A stretch of DNA of 64,000 nucleotides from an uncultured Thermoproteaceae archaeon (lineage in GTDB: Archaea; Thermoproteota; Thermoprotei; Thermoproteales; Thermocladiaceae), in NCBI GenBank assembly GCA_964575955.1, contig CAZNTG010000006.1, positions 352,001 through 416,000 of the forward strand. The letters are read 5' to 3'. Below the pieces are notes generated by a model, which ran no database searches, had not been told where the DNA came from, and was given only the letters and a program-made list of their open reading frames with translations. Positions within the stretch are counted from its first letter, which is position 1. Each line of letters begins with the position of its first letter. Below are positions 31,272 through 40,351 of the stretch, piece by piece. Position numbers and translations under genes: made by a program.

Positions 31272-31423
31272 TATACGTGAATTTAATGTAGAATCCATAT
31301 TTAGAATTAATGAGAATCTAACCTGTACTCCATGTGTAGTTTCCGGAAAATCTCCATGTAAAATTCGTTGTAGTTCATATTACTCAAAATTTAACTTTTG
31401 GGTGTGCATATACTGCACAGTTC

Positions 31424-31885
31424 ATGTCCAGAAACAATGGAACTTCAGTTATGGATAATAGGAAGATAAAAATGCTCGTACTACAGTTCCTTAAAGAGAT
31501 AATTTCAAATGCAAGAGGTCAGTTAGTAACTTTCAGACCAGCTAAAATAGCTCAGGAAATATCATCAATAACTAGGAGAAGTCCAAGAGCAGAGTCTGTC
31601 GTTATTAGAAACTTCTTCGAGGAGCTTGTTGAGTATAAACTTATTCAAGTTATTAAGAAGAGTGCACGTGGAAAGGTGTATGGAATCTATAGGAATAGCA
31701 TGTTGTGGAACCTGTTAGAACATTATGATGTTGGTAGTGTACTTGCAATAATTGAGAATATAATGAAGAGTGAAGGTAGTATAATGGTGAACACTATGAC
31801 TGGATTAAACAATACCTCAAAATTTACTCAAAGTGAAGAGACTAATGTAAATGAGAGAACAAACGTCTATACTGAAACTGTTTGA
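31424..31885 (+). CDS. Putative winged-helix DNA-binding protein
   Basis: ARGQLVTFRPAKIAQE...FFEELVEYKLIQVIKKSARGKVY. Confidence 0.7.
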   Translation: MSRNNGTSVMDNRKIKMLVLQFLKEIISNARGQLVTFRPAKIAQEISSITRRSPRAESVVIRNFFEELVEYKLIQVIKKSARGKVYGIYRNSMLWNLLEHYDVGSVLAIIENIMKSEGSIMVNTMTGLNNTSKFTQSEETNVNERTNVYTETV

Positions 31886-33122
31886 TCTCATAGCTAGAAC
31901 TGTAGATAAACCTGATAAATTTATACAATTTCTTCTACAGTATCTATCAGATACGAATTTAAAGATTGAGAAGTATGAAGGAGTTGTAAAGATATGCGAA
32001 GATTCTAGATGTACTAGATATGTAGTAATAACATACAATCCAACTATAGAAATATTTTCAACATCTAGAAAAATTTCTAAACTTATAATTGACATAGCTT
32101 TGAAATACTTAGCTACAAGTGGTGAGAAAAAGCTAGTACTACTCTACATGAATATTGGAGATAGTAGATATGTTAAACTTACAAAAATACTAAGACATAG
32201 GAGTGATAGTTTTTATATAATAAGTTCTAAACTTTGGAATTTTATTATAGCTTTAATTGCGATATTTGTAGCATTTCTATCGTCAATAGTGTTTAAAGAC
32301 TTACTTCTAACAATGGTATTTGTAGTAATGTCATCAATATTTATGTCAACACTATCATTACTAAATGTGTATAAGTCCTCTCGTGGTATAGATATATTTT
32401 CGAGAGATATATTGAAAATTTGTATATCATGTAGATTTGATACTCCTGAATCTAGAATTAGATCTCTCTTAAGGATTCTTAAAAATTTTGATGAAATATC
32501 TAGAGATACTGTACATACTATAGATGCAATATCTAGGATAGTTTTAGGAGAATACTATCAGAATTTTAATATTGATAACATCTCGCTTGATATAAATGTT
32601 GTTAATTTGTTAGATAAGTTGAAGACTAAGGTCTTATTAGTGAATTCTGATTATTGTAATGCGTTTACATTACCAATATTTAGACGTATTATAATTACTA
32701 CTAAGCTATTAGCAGTCTTAAATAATCAGGAAATTAGTGCTGTAATTGCTCATGAGATTGGTCATATTGTTAATAATGACTTTATAAAATCTTTAATATT
32801 GTTCATATTAAATTCATTCATTATATATCTAATTGTTAGGTATATGATATCTACATTCATGTCTATAATATTTATACTTTCAACAATGTTATTATACATA
32901 TCGATATCTATACTCTTGTTCTTTGCTATTTTTAGAAAATTTGAAATTTATGCAGATAAGTATGCTGAGAAGATTGTAGGATCTGATAGTCTTGTGAATG
33001 CTTTGATTAAGGTTGGTTGGAAGTCTCTAATTTTGGAGATTGATAAACCTATAATGCTTATGTTGGCTAGAATTATATCAACACATCCACCTATACTTGA
33101 TAGAGTTCTAAGAGTCGTTTAA
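31851..33122 (+). CDS. M48/HtpX-family membrane zinc metalloprotease
   Basis: NAFT, AVIAHEIGH, EIYADKYA, STHPPILDRV. Confidence 0.88.
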   Translation: MREQTSILKLFDLIARTVDKPDKFIQFLLQYLSDTNLKIEKYEGVVKICEDSRCTRYVVITYNPTIEIFSTSRKISKLIIDIALKYLATSGEKKLVLLYMNIGDSRYVKLTKILRHRSDSFYIISSKLWNFIIALIAIFVAFLSSIVFKDLLLTMVFVVMSSIFMSTLSLLNVYKSSRGIDIFSRDILKICISCRFDTPESRIRSLLRILKNFDEISRDTVHTIDAISRIVLGEYYQNFNIDNISLDINVVNLLDKLKTKVLLVNSDYCNAFTLPIFRRIIITTKLLAVLNNQEISAVIAHEIGHIVNNDFIKSLILFILNSFIIYLIVRYMISTFMSIIFILSTMLLYISISILLFFAIFRKFEIYADKYAEKIVGSDSLVNALIKVGWKSLILEIDKPIMLMLARIISTHPPILDRVLRVV

Positions 33123-33149
33123 ATAGTCTATACGAATTATTACACCTGA

Positions 33150-33548
33150 ATGTCTCTATATTCACTTATTAACCAGATTATACATCTTGCAGAGGCTAGA
33201 GGTGAGAGAGATATTCTATCTCTAGTTCTAGAACTTGAACGTGAGATGACTAAGATATTGGCTAAGTTGATAGAGCTTAGAATGGTTATTGATGATGTGG
33301 TTGGTGAATATGTACAACTTGATAAGACTCAATTAACTAAAGTTGAGCTAGATATAGTAGATATGTTAAAGGAACAGAATTGTAGATGCGTTGATATTAA
33401 TACTATTATAAGGAAGTTGGAAGGTTATACTCCTATAACTGTTATAACTGCTTTAAAGAGATTGAAAATTATGAAGATAGTTGATATTGATGTGGATGTT
33501 GACCAGAATGGTAAACTTAGTGTACGTGCATGTCTTAGAGTGAAGTAA
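33150..33548 (+). CDS. Hypothetical coiled-coil plus wHTH-like protein
   Basis: LTKVELDIVDML...VITALKRLKIMKIV. Confidence 0.6.
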   Translation: MSLYSLINQIIHLAEARGERDILSLVLELEREMTKILAKLIELRMVIDDVVGEYVQLDKTQLTKVELDIVDMLKEQNCRCVDINTIIRKLEGYTPITVITALKRLKIMKIVDIDVDVDQNGKLSVRACLRVK

Positions 33549-33607
33549 TTTGACAGGTAGTAGAAGAACATTTTAAACCTCTACCACGTTTAAACATAAA
33601 TAGAGTT

Positions 33608-34285
33608 ATGTACGACGTACCTTTCGTACCATCACCTGAAGTTGTAATACGTAGAATGCTTCAACTTGCAGATGTTAGAGAGAATGAGATAGTGTACGAC
33701 CTTGGATGTGGTGATGGTAGAGTACTCATAATTGCTGCTAAGGAATTTGGAGCTAGAGCTGTAGGTATTGAGATTAGGAGAGATCTATACGAGCAATGTG
33801 TACGTAGAGTAAGAGATCTAGGACTTGAAGATAGAGTAAAAGTTTATCATGGAAACTTCTTCGAATATGATCTATCTGATGCAGATGTCATAACACTATA
33901 CCTACTAACTAGCGTTAATGAGAGGTTGAGACCTAAGCTTGAGCGTGAACTTAGACCTGGAACTAGAGTTGTTAGTCATGATTTTGAAGTACCAGGATGG
34001 AGACCTATAATAATTGAAGATCTATATGAAGAATGGAGAAGTCATAAACTCTACCTATACAAGATACCTGGAGCAGAGATACCAATACCTGGAAATGTAG
34101 AGCCAAATACTGACATGTTGACAGATATCGAGAAGAAAGTTATAAAGTATATTGATGGAAGTACAAGTATTGAGGATATTGCAAAGAAGCTTGGAACAAC
34201 ATTGAGAACTGTTAGAGAGATTGTAAATAAATTCTACAAGATGGGTGTAGTTAAAGAGATTAAAGTTGTAAAAGGTACACCATGA
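33608..34285 (+). CDS. Archaeal protein-lysine methyltransferase (aKMT-like) with extra C-terminal HTH
   Basis: VPFVPSPE.VIRRML, YDLGCGDGR, LRPKLERELRPGTRVVSHDF; C-terminal SIEDIAKKLGTTLRTVREIVNKF..MGVV. Confidence 0.88.
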   Translation: MYDVPFVPSPEVVIRRMLQLADVRENEIVYDLGCGDGRVLIIAAKEFGARAVGIEIRRDLYEQCVRRVRDLGLEDRVKVYHGNFFEYDLSDADVITLYLLTSVNERLRPKLERELRPGTRVVSHDFEVPGWRPIIIEDLYEEWRSHKLYLYKIPGAEIPIPGNVEPNTDMLTDIEKKVIKYIDGSTSIEDIAKKLGTTLRTVREIVNKFYKMGVVKEIKVVKGTP

Positions 34286-34289
34286 GGAT

Positions 34290-35243
34290 TTGAAATTAAT
34301 GGAGGTATACGAAGTTGGTAATCCAACGTGCAATATACATACCATAGAGGAGCTAGTTGAAACATATAGACAATGTGGAGGGTATATGGCAAAAAATGTC
34401 TATAAAGCATGTCGAATAATGTTAGACATGTTTACTAGTAATGAAATAGTAATACTCTCATTTCCTGCAGATATAATAGCGACAGGAATTAGATCAATAA
34501 TAGCAGACTTCTTAAGAAGAGGATTCGCAGATATAGTAATAACAACAGCAGGAACATTAGATCACGATATAGCTAGAGCATTTGGTGGAAAATATATATC
34601 ACATAAATTTGATGTTGATGATTCTAAACTTAGAGATGAAGGATTTCATAGAATTGGGAATATACTAGTCAAAATAGAGCATTATGGACCTATAATTGAG
34701 AATTTTATACATAACTTCTTAAGCAAATTAACTAGAGATGGTATTACTAAACTTGGAATTAGAAGACTACTATACCTAATGGGTAGACATATTGAAGACG
34801 AAAATTCCATAGTTAAGATATGCTCAATAAATAAGATACCGATATACGTATTTGGATATGTAGATGGTGCATTTGGTACAGCAATTCTCACATATAATGA
34901 AGTTCAGAGAAGTAGGGTTGACAGTAAGAAAGTAATTATAGATCTATATGAAGATGAGAGAGAGCTAGAGAAGATATTTAGCAATTTTAAAGATGTTGGA
35001 TGTATTATTATTGGTGGTGGTGTTAGTGGAAGACATGTCGAGTACATAATTGACAGATATGTTAGAAATATTAGACACTTAGTAACGATACTATCAACAC
35101 CATACGAGAGAGTAAACGTAAGATGTGAGAAAGGTACTACAATATACTCAGATGCAACAATCATAATACCAATACTATTCTCATATATCGTAGCCAAACT
35201 TAAAAATAGAGAGAGGAAATTGCTTGAGTGTTTAGAGTGGTAG
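34290..35243 (+). CDS. Deoxyhypusine synthase homolog lacking the catalytic-lysine segment
   Basis: LSFPADIIATGIR, ITTAGTLDHDI, RIGNIL, DGAFG, GGG, YSDATI present; EAxSWGK absent. Confidence 0.82.
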   Translation: MKLMEVYEVGNPTCNIHTIEELVETYRQCGGYMAKNVYKACRIMLDMFTSNEIVILSFPADIIATGIRSIIADFLRRGFADIVITTAGTLDHDIARAFGGKYISHKFDVDDSKLRDEGFHRIGNILVKIEHYGPIIENFIHNFLSKLTRDGITKLGIRRLLYLMGRHIEDENSIVKICSINKIPIYVFGYVDGAFGTAILTYNEVQRSRVDSKKVIIDLYEDERELEKIFSNFKDVGCIIIGGGVSGRHVEYIIDRYVRNIRHLVTILSTPYERVNVRCEKGTTIYSDATIIIPILFSYIVAKLKNRERKLLECLEW

Positions 35244-36214
35244 ATTTATCACTCTACTACATTCTAATACTACTAACTTCTCTAATATCTGTTCTATGTG
35301 TATCTAAATTACGAAGTAGCAAGATCTTAGCTATAGATGTTCATAAGCCAAATAAGGTTGAAATACCTAAAATTGGAGGACTATGCCTTCTAGCTAGCTC
35401 ACTCATTTCAATACTGCTAGACTATTTTCTCAATGTCATAAAGCTAGAACTACTACTCATAATTCAGCTACCTGCTATCATAGTTGGTATAGTTGGTCTT
35501 CTAGATGATCTTTATGATATAAAACCAATATTTAGAATACTGACCTGTATACTGACATCTATAGTACTTGTAGTACTTGTAACACCTACAGACTCATTTC
35601 TGATAGTGGGATCCGTTAGAAATGTATTCTTTTTAGATTCTCTATCTTGCATACTTATGATTATAATGTTCAATGCTGTAAATATGTTAGATGTTATGAA
35701 TGGTGTTGTATCTGGAGCATGTTTAATAATATTTACAACAATGTTAATATTAAGCATATTTTACGGCAATATAGATAATTTAAAGATATATCTACTACTA
35801 CTATGTCAAATAATTCCATTATTCCTATTTAACAAGTATCCAGCTAGAGTATTTTTAGGTAATGTTGGTTCATATATGCTTGGTGTATATATTGGAATTA
35901 CAGCATGTTATTGTGGGATGTTTGTAGAAACATTATTAGCATGTTTACCATTCATAATAAATGGTCTTCTAATTCTTGCATCAACTAGAGGTAGAGTATT
36001 TATTGGAGGTAGAAAATATGCATCAAGACCAATAATATGTAATGGAGGCATATTGTATCCAAATCCTGATAAGAATGCTACACTTAGTCTAGCAAGGATA
36101 TTTGTCATATATGGTTCAAATACAGAACCTAAGGTTGTCAAAAGAATATTAACACTATTCCTCATATCGTGTATCCTGACATTGATAATAGTTTTTATAT
36201 ATAGACTTATTTAA
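35228..36214 (+). CDS. GT4/MraY-family UDP-GlcNAc:dolichol-phosphate GlcNAc-1-P transferase (AglH-like)
   Basis: DVHKP..IPKIGG, GLLDD, NAVNMLDVMNG, NKYPARVFLGNVGS. Confidence 0.88.
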   Translation: MFRVVDLSLYYILILLTSLISVLCVSKLRSSKILAIDVHKPNKVEIPKIGGLCLLASSLISILLDYFLNVIKLELLLIIQLPAIIVGIVGLLDDLYDIKPIFRILTCILTSIVLVVLVTPTDSFLIVGSVRNVFFLDSLSCILMIIMFNAVNMLDVMNGVVSGACLIIFTTMLILSIFYGNIDNLKIYLLLLCQIIPLFLFNKYPARVFLGNVGSYMLGVYIGITACYCGMFVETLLACLPFIINGLLILASTRGRVFIGGRKYASRPIICNGGILYPNPDKNATLSLARIFVIYGSNTEPKVVKRILTLFLISCILTLIIVFIYRLI

Positions 36215-36221
36215 AGACGAC

Positions 36222-36506
36222 ATGTCTAGAATATCCCTAAATCCATACATAGCCTTCATAATATCATTTCTATTACTACTAGCTTTGATAAGTATTGCAG
36301 CCTATGTTAGATCAACATTTCTAGAAGAACTTCCAGGAGTTGTTAGAGCTATCTCATATTTAGCATTTGTATGCTTTATAGTCTGTGTATGGTCGTACAT
36401 TACCTATAAGATCTTTAGAACGGTTGAAAGAAGGGGGTTAAAAACTTCTCAAATATATTCTATACATGAAGATAAGGAGGGAGAAGAGAGGAAGTCTCAT
36501 ACTTGA
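36222..36506 (+). CDS. Small two-TM membrane protein
   Basis: Two hydrophobic segments. Confidence 0.55.
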   Translation: MSRISLNPYIAFIISFLLLLALISIAAYVRSTFLEELPGVVRAISYLAFVCFIVCVWSYITYKIFRTVERRGLKTSQIYSIHEDKEGEERKSHT

Positions 36507-36684
36507 AGAGATTTTACTGATTGCAGTGTCTATAGCTGTACTTATAGCTTTGATAAGTATTGTTGGAGGTATACTAAGTCACATGACTAAGGGTATAGAG
36601 ATGTTGAATGTTGATATTGGAAAGGCTTTCCAAAATTTTACTAGTAAGATATGGCATGTGATAACGAGAGCATTCAAGATTTAG
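36466..36684 (+). CDS. Short Flp-like pilin with class III signal peptide
   Basis: MKIRREKRG/SLILEEILLIAVSIAVLIAL (Glu at +5). Confidence 0.65.
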   Translation: MKIRREKRGSLILEEILLIAVSIAVLIALISIVGGILSHMTKGIEMLNVDIGKAFQNFTSKIWHVITRAFKI

Positions 36685-36812
36685 TTAATCGAGTTAGAAA
36701 GCTTTTGAGAGAGATTACTGAGATTGAGCATAGAGTATTGATGTTAGAGAATATGATTGAGAAGAGGAGGAAGATTATCGATATATTGAGAGAAGTTTTG
36801 GAGAAAAAGTAA
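36651..36812 (+). CDS. Small coiled-coil protein (53 aa, not in ORF track)
   Basis: MACDNESIQDLVNRVRKLLREITEIEHRVLMLENMIEKRRKIIDILREVLEKK; fills the gap before pyrG. Confidence 0.55.
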   Translation: MACDNESIQDLVNRVRKLLREITEIEHRVLMLENMIEKRRKIIDILREVLEKK

Positions 36813-36839
36813 ATACTAGTTAGGGTATATCTAATCTGC

Positions 36840-38465
36840 GTGGTAAAATACGTCTTCATTACAGGAGGTGTATTGAGTAGTGTTGGTAAGGGGGTTATTA
36901 CAGCATCTATAGCTAAGATATTGCAAGCTAGAGGATATAGAGTAACTACGATAAAGATTGACCCATACTTCAACGTTGATGCAGGAACAATGAATCCATA
37001 TCAGCATGGTGAAGTGTTTGTTACAGCTGACGGTGGTGAGACAGATCTAGATCTTGGTCATTATGAGAGATTTCTAGATGTTGAACTTACAAAGGATCAT
37101 AATATAACTTCAGGTAAGGTATATCTTAAAGTTATAACTGATGAGCGTGAAGGTAAATATCTTGGACAGACAGTACAGCTTATTCCACATGTTACAGATG
37201 AGATTAAGCGTGAGATTAAGTATGCTGTAGAGAAGTCGAATGCTACCATTGGAGTTGTAGAGATTGGTGGTACTGTTGGGGATTACGAAAGTCTACCATT
37301 CTTAGAAGCTATTAGACAGATGAGACTTGAAGAAGGTTATGACAATACTGTGTTTGTACATGTAGCTCTAGTACCTATAATTGAAACTACTGGGGAACCT
37401 AAAACAAAACCTCTTCAGCATAGTGTGTTTGAATTGAGGAGAATAGGTATACAGCCTGACATAATTATTGCTAGATGTAAAACATGGCTTGATAATGAGA
37501 TTAAGAGGAAGATTGCATTGTTTACAAATGTTCCATCAAGTGCAATATTTACAGCACCTTACGTAGATACTATATATAGGATACCTCTAATACTTGATGA
37601 GGAAGGTCTAGGAGATTATCTAGTTAAAAGGTTGAAACTTGAACCTCGTAGACCTGACCTTTCTGATTGGTGTGATTTTGTTAATAGACTTTCAAGTCCT
37701 AGAGATAGTGTTAAGATTGGTCTATGTGGAAAGTATGTTAAATTGAAAGATTCCTATCTGAGTGTTCTGGAGGCTTTAACACATGCAGGTGCAAAACTTA
37801 GAATAAAACCTGAAATTGTGTGGATTGATGCAGACTCTATAGAGAAGGGATCTGAAGAAGAACTTGAAAAACTTAATGATGTTCATGGTGTAATTGTACT
37901 ACCAGGATTTGGTATTAGAGGAGCAGAAGGTAAGATTAGAGTTATAAAAGAGGTTAGAGAGAGAAAGATACCATTTCTAGGAATTTGCTTTGGAATGCAG
38001 CTTGCAGTTGTTGAATTTGCTAGAAATGTACTAGGTTTAAAAGATGCTAATAGTACAGAGATAAATCCTGAAACACCACATCCTGTTGTTGATCTAGCAC
38101 CAGAACAGAAGATGATAGATAAGAAAGGTGGAACAATGATGCTTGGTAATAAGCCTGTTAAAATTATGAGAAACACATTAGCTTATAGGCTATATAACGT
38201 AGAGCTAGTGTATGAGAGACATAGACATAGATATATTATAAATGAGAAGTATATACCAGATCTAGAGAAGGCAGGTTTGAAAATTTCAGGAATAAGAGCA
38301 GATACTGAATACACTATAGTTGAGATAGTAGAACTTGAAGATCATCCATTCTTCATAGGAACACAATTTCACCCTGAGTTCAGAAGTAGACCATTGAATC
38401 CACATCCACTGTTTGTTGGACTTCTAGATGCAGCACTACGATTTAAATATGGTGAAAAGATATAG
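36840..38465 (+). CDS. pyrG: CTP synthase
   Basis: GGVLSSVGKG, KIDPYFNVDAGTMNPYQHGEV, KTKPLQHS, GICFGMQ, QFHPEF. Confidence 0.98.
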   Translation: MVKYVFITGGVLSSVGKGVITASIAKILQARGYRVTTIKIDPYFNVDAGTMNPYQHGEVFVTADGGETDLDLGHYERFLDVELTKDHNITSGKVYLKVITDEREGKYLGQTVQLIPHVTDEIKREIKYAVEKSNATIGVVEIGGTVGDYESLPFLEAIRQMRLEEGYDNTVFVHVALVPIIETTGEPKTKPLQHSVFELRRIGIQPDIIIARCKTWLDNEIKRKIALFTNVPSSAIFTAPYVDTIYRIPLILDEEGLGDYLVKRLKLEPRRPDLSDWCDFVNRLSSPRDSVKIGLCGKYVKLKDSYLSVLEALTHAGAKLRIKPEIVWIDADSIEKGSEEELEKLNDVHGVIVLPGFGIRGAEGKIRVIKEVRERKIPFLGICFGMQLAVVEFARNVLGLKDANSTEINPETPHPVVDLAPEQKMIDKKGGTMMLGNKPVKIMRNTLAYRLYNVELVYERHRHRYIINEKYIPDLEKAGLKISGIRADTEYTIVEIVELEDHPFFIGTQFHPEFRSRPLNPHPLFVGLLDAALRFKYGEKI

Positions 38466-38471
38466 TCATTA

Positions 38472-38524
38472 GAGTGATGATGCAGTTCGCATATGATAGA
38501 TGATTAAGCCCTCGAATACTGACT
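38472..38524 (+). ncRNA. C/D-box sRNA
   Basis: C GTGATGA 38474-38480, guide TGCAGTTCGCAT, D' ATGA, C' ATGATTA, guide AGCCCTCGAATA, D CTGA 38519-38522. Confidence 0.75.
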
Positions 38525-38528
38525 TAAA

Positions 38529-40277
38529 CTATCTAATCTCTATGACATCCTCATCCTCAATATCCTCTCTCTTCCTCACTCTGAGTTTTTCATTATGAAC
38601 TTTAAATATTCTCAATAATCCAAAAACTATGAGACATATTACACATATAACAAACATTATGATTATAATACTACCACAACTAAATGTTGGTATTGATATA
38701 GTTATAGTAAATTTACTAGAATTTACATAGATATTATTACTAACACTATACTCATCATGAACAATATTAACTCTATGATAACCACATAATACAACACATC
38801 CACCTCTACATAAATTACCATCAATATATACTCTAGCATTAATTGGAAGTCCAAACATGTCTACAGTATTAACATAGATTTTAGATAGACATAAATTTAC
38901 AACTATTCCATTTTGAGTATATACATAGGGTAGCTCTATCCTCTTTCCATCAACGACTGTGTATATTCTAAACTTAGATTTACAATATTGTAGATATGCA
39001 ATATTGAAAGTATTATTAAACTTATACACATAATATCTATAGTTTTTACCACATACATCTACAATTAATGGACAACCACTTTTACAAATACCTCCAAGAT
39101 TTATATGAACACTCATCTTAACAAATGGTAATTTCAATTCTACACCTCTCGTAATGTATATTTTCCCTAAACTTATCGTTCTATTATTAAACTTTAGATA
39201 TGCCGTGTATACACCTTCAACAACACATACATCTGGTCTATATGTCACTGTTATAGGTCCTGATAGTATTATTTTTACACTTCTGCTAATAGTCTTATAT
39301 GAGAGTGGAAGACCGTTCAGATCTGTAAGTATTACCGAACTTAGTGGTACTATGTCATTACTAATCTTAACACTATTACTAATTATTGAATCTAGATAGT
39401 ATGTCCTTACAGCTATATTATCAATTGTTAAATATATGAAACTCTTCTCATAACTAACAATAGATGATGAACATTGAGTGTTATTACATATCTGTACGTT
39501 ATTACAAATTTTCAATACATCATTACTTATATAAACCTTCACCTTACGCATTTTGTAGGTATTGTTGCTCTTCTCTACAGGTATTATGTAGTATGCTGTT
39601 ACATTAACTCTAGCTGTACCTTCAATACTTATCTCAATATTATGCATATAAGATTTTAAACATTCTACATATAACTCACCTGTATATTTCTTCTCTACAA
39701 TTTCTGTAAATAATTTTGGTCTATATGTTAGATTTATTGGTGCAATACTTACAATACATATCTTATAGTATAGTAAATACCCTAACTTACCATTTATTAT
39801 TGCTAAATTTGGAAATGTTGTTGACGATATGTTTAGTATATTATTATTCAATACGTACTGTCTAGATAAGCCGCTTAAAACTATTCCAAAATTATCATTC
39901 ATATCCGTCTTATATAGTAGTATTTTTATACAATTTACATAGTCTGGTACATATAGAACAACATCTCTAAGATTATACTTCTTCAATACAATATTATCCT
40001 CCTTATTTCCTAGAATTGTTATATATTCAACATTTCCTATAGCAAATTTTGAATTGTTTGATAAGTATATCTCTACTAGTCCATGTATATTACAAATTTT
40101 AAATTCAAATTTCGTATAGTTGTATGGTATGTATAGTGTTTTTACAATATTTTTCTCACTAGTTTTTATACCTATCTGCTCTATGTAGTATATTGATTGT
40201 TGACAATGTACTAGTTGAATGCTTGATGATATTAGTAGACATATGGCTAGTGTAATTATTATTAATGATATTCTCAT
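38529..40277 (-). CDS. Secreted, C-terminally anchored cell-surface protein
   Basis: Signal peptide, TDLNGLPL and VDMFGLPINARVYIDG beta motifs, sequons, C-terminal TM plus charged tail. Confidence 0.72.
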   Translation of the reverse strand: MRISLIIITLAICLLISSSIQLVHCQQSIYYIEQIGIKTSEKNIVKTLYIPYNYTKFEFKICNIHGLVEIYLSNNSKFAIGNVEYITILGNKEDNIVLKKYNLRDVVLYVPDYVNCIKILLYKTDMNDNFGIVLSGLSRQYVLNNNILNISSTTFPNLAIINGKLGYLLYYKICIVSIAPINLTYRPKLFTEIVEKKYTGELYVECLKSYMHNIEISIEGTARVNVTAYYIIPVEKSNNTYKMRKVKVYISNDVLKICNNVQICNNTQCSSSIVSYEKSFIYLTIDNIAVRTYYLDSIISNSVKISNDIVPLSSVILTDLNGLPLSYKTISRSVKIILSGPITVTYRPDVCVVEGVYTAYLKFNNRTISLGKIYITRGVELKLPFVKMSVHINLGGICKSGCPLIVDVCGKNYRYYVYKFNNTFNIAYLQYCKSKFRIYTVVDGKRIELPYVYTQNGIVVNLCLSKIYVNTVDMFGLPINARVYIDGNLCRGGCVVLCGYHRVNIVHDEYSVSNNIYVNSSKFTITISIPTFSCGSIIIIMFVICVICLIVFGLLRIFKVHNEKLRVRKREDIEDEDVIEIR

Positions 40278-40351
40278 TGTGACGATATTGTTGACTTATC
40301 TTAATAGAGTAACTTTTAAATTAACGTAATAGAGAACTTCACCACATATAC

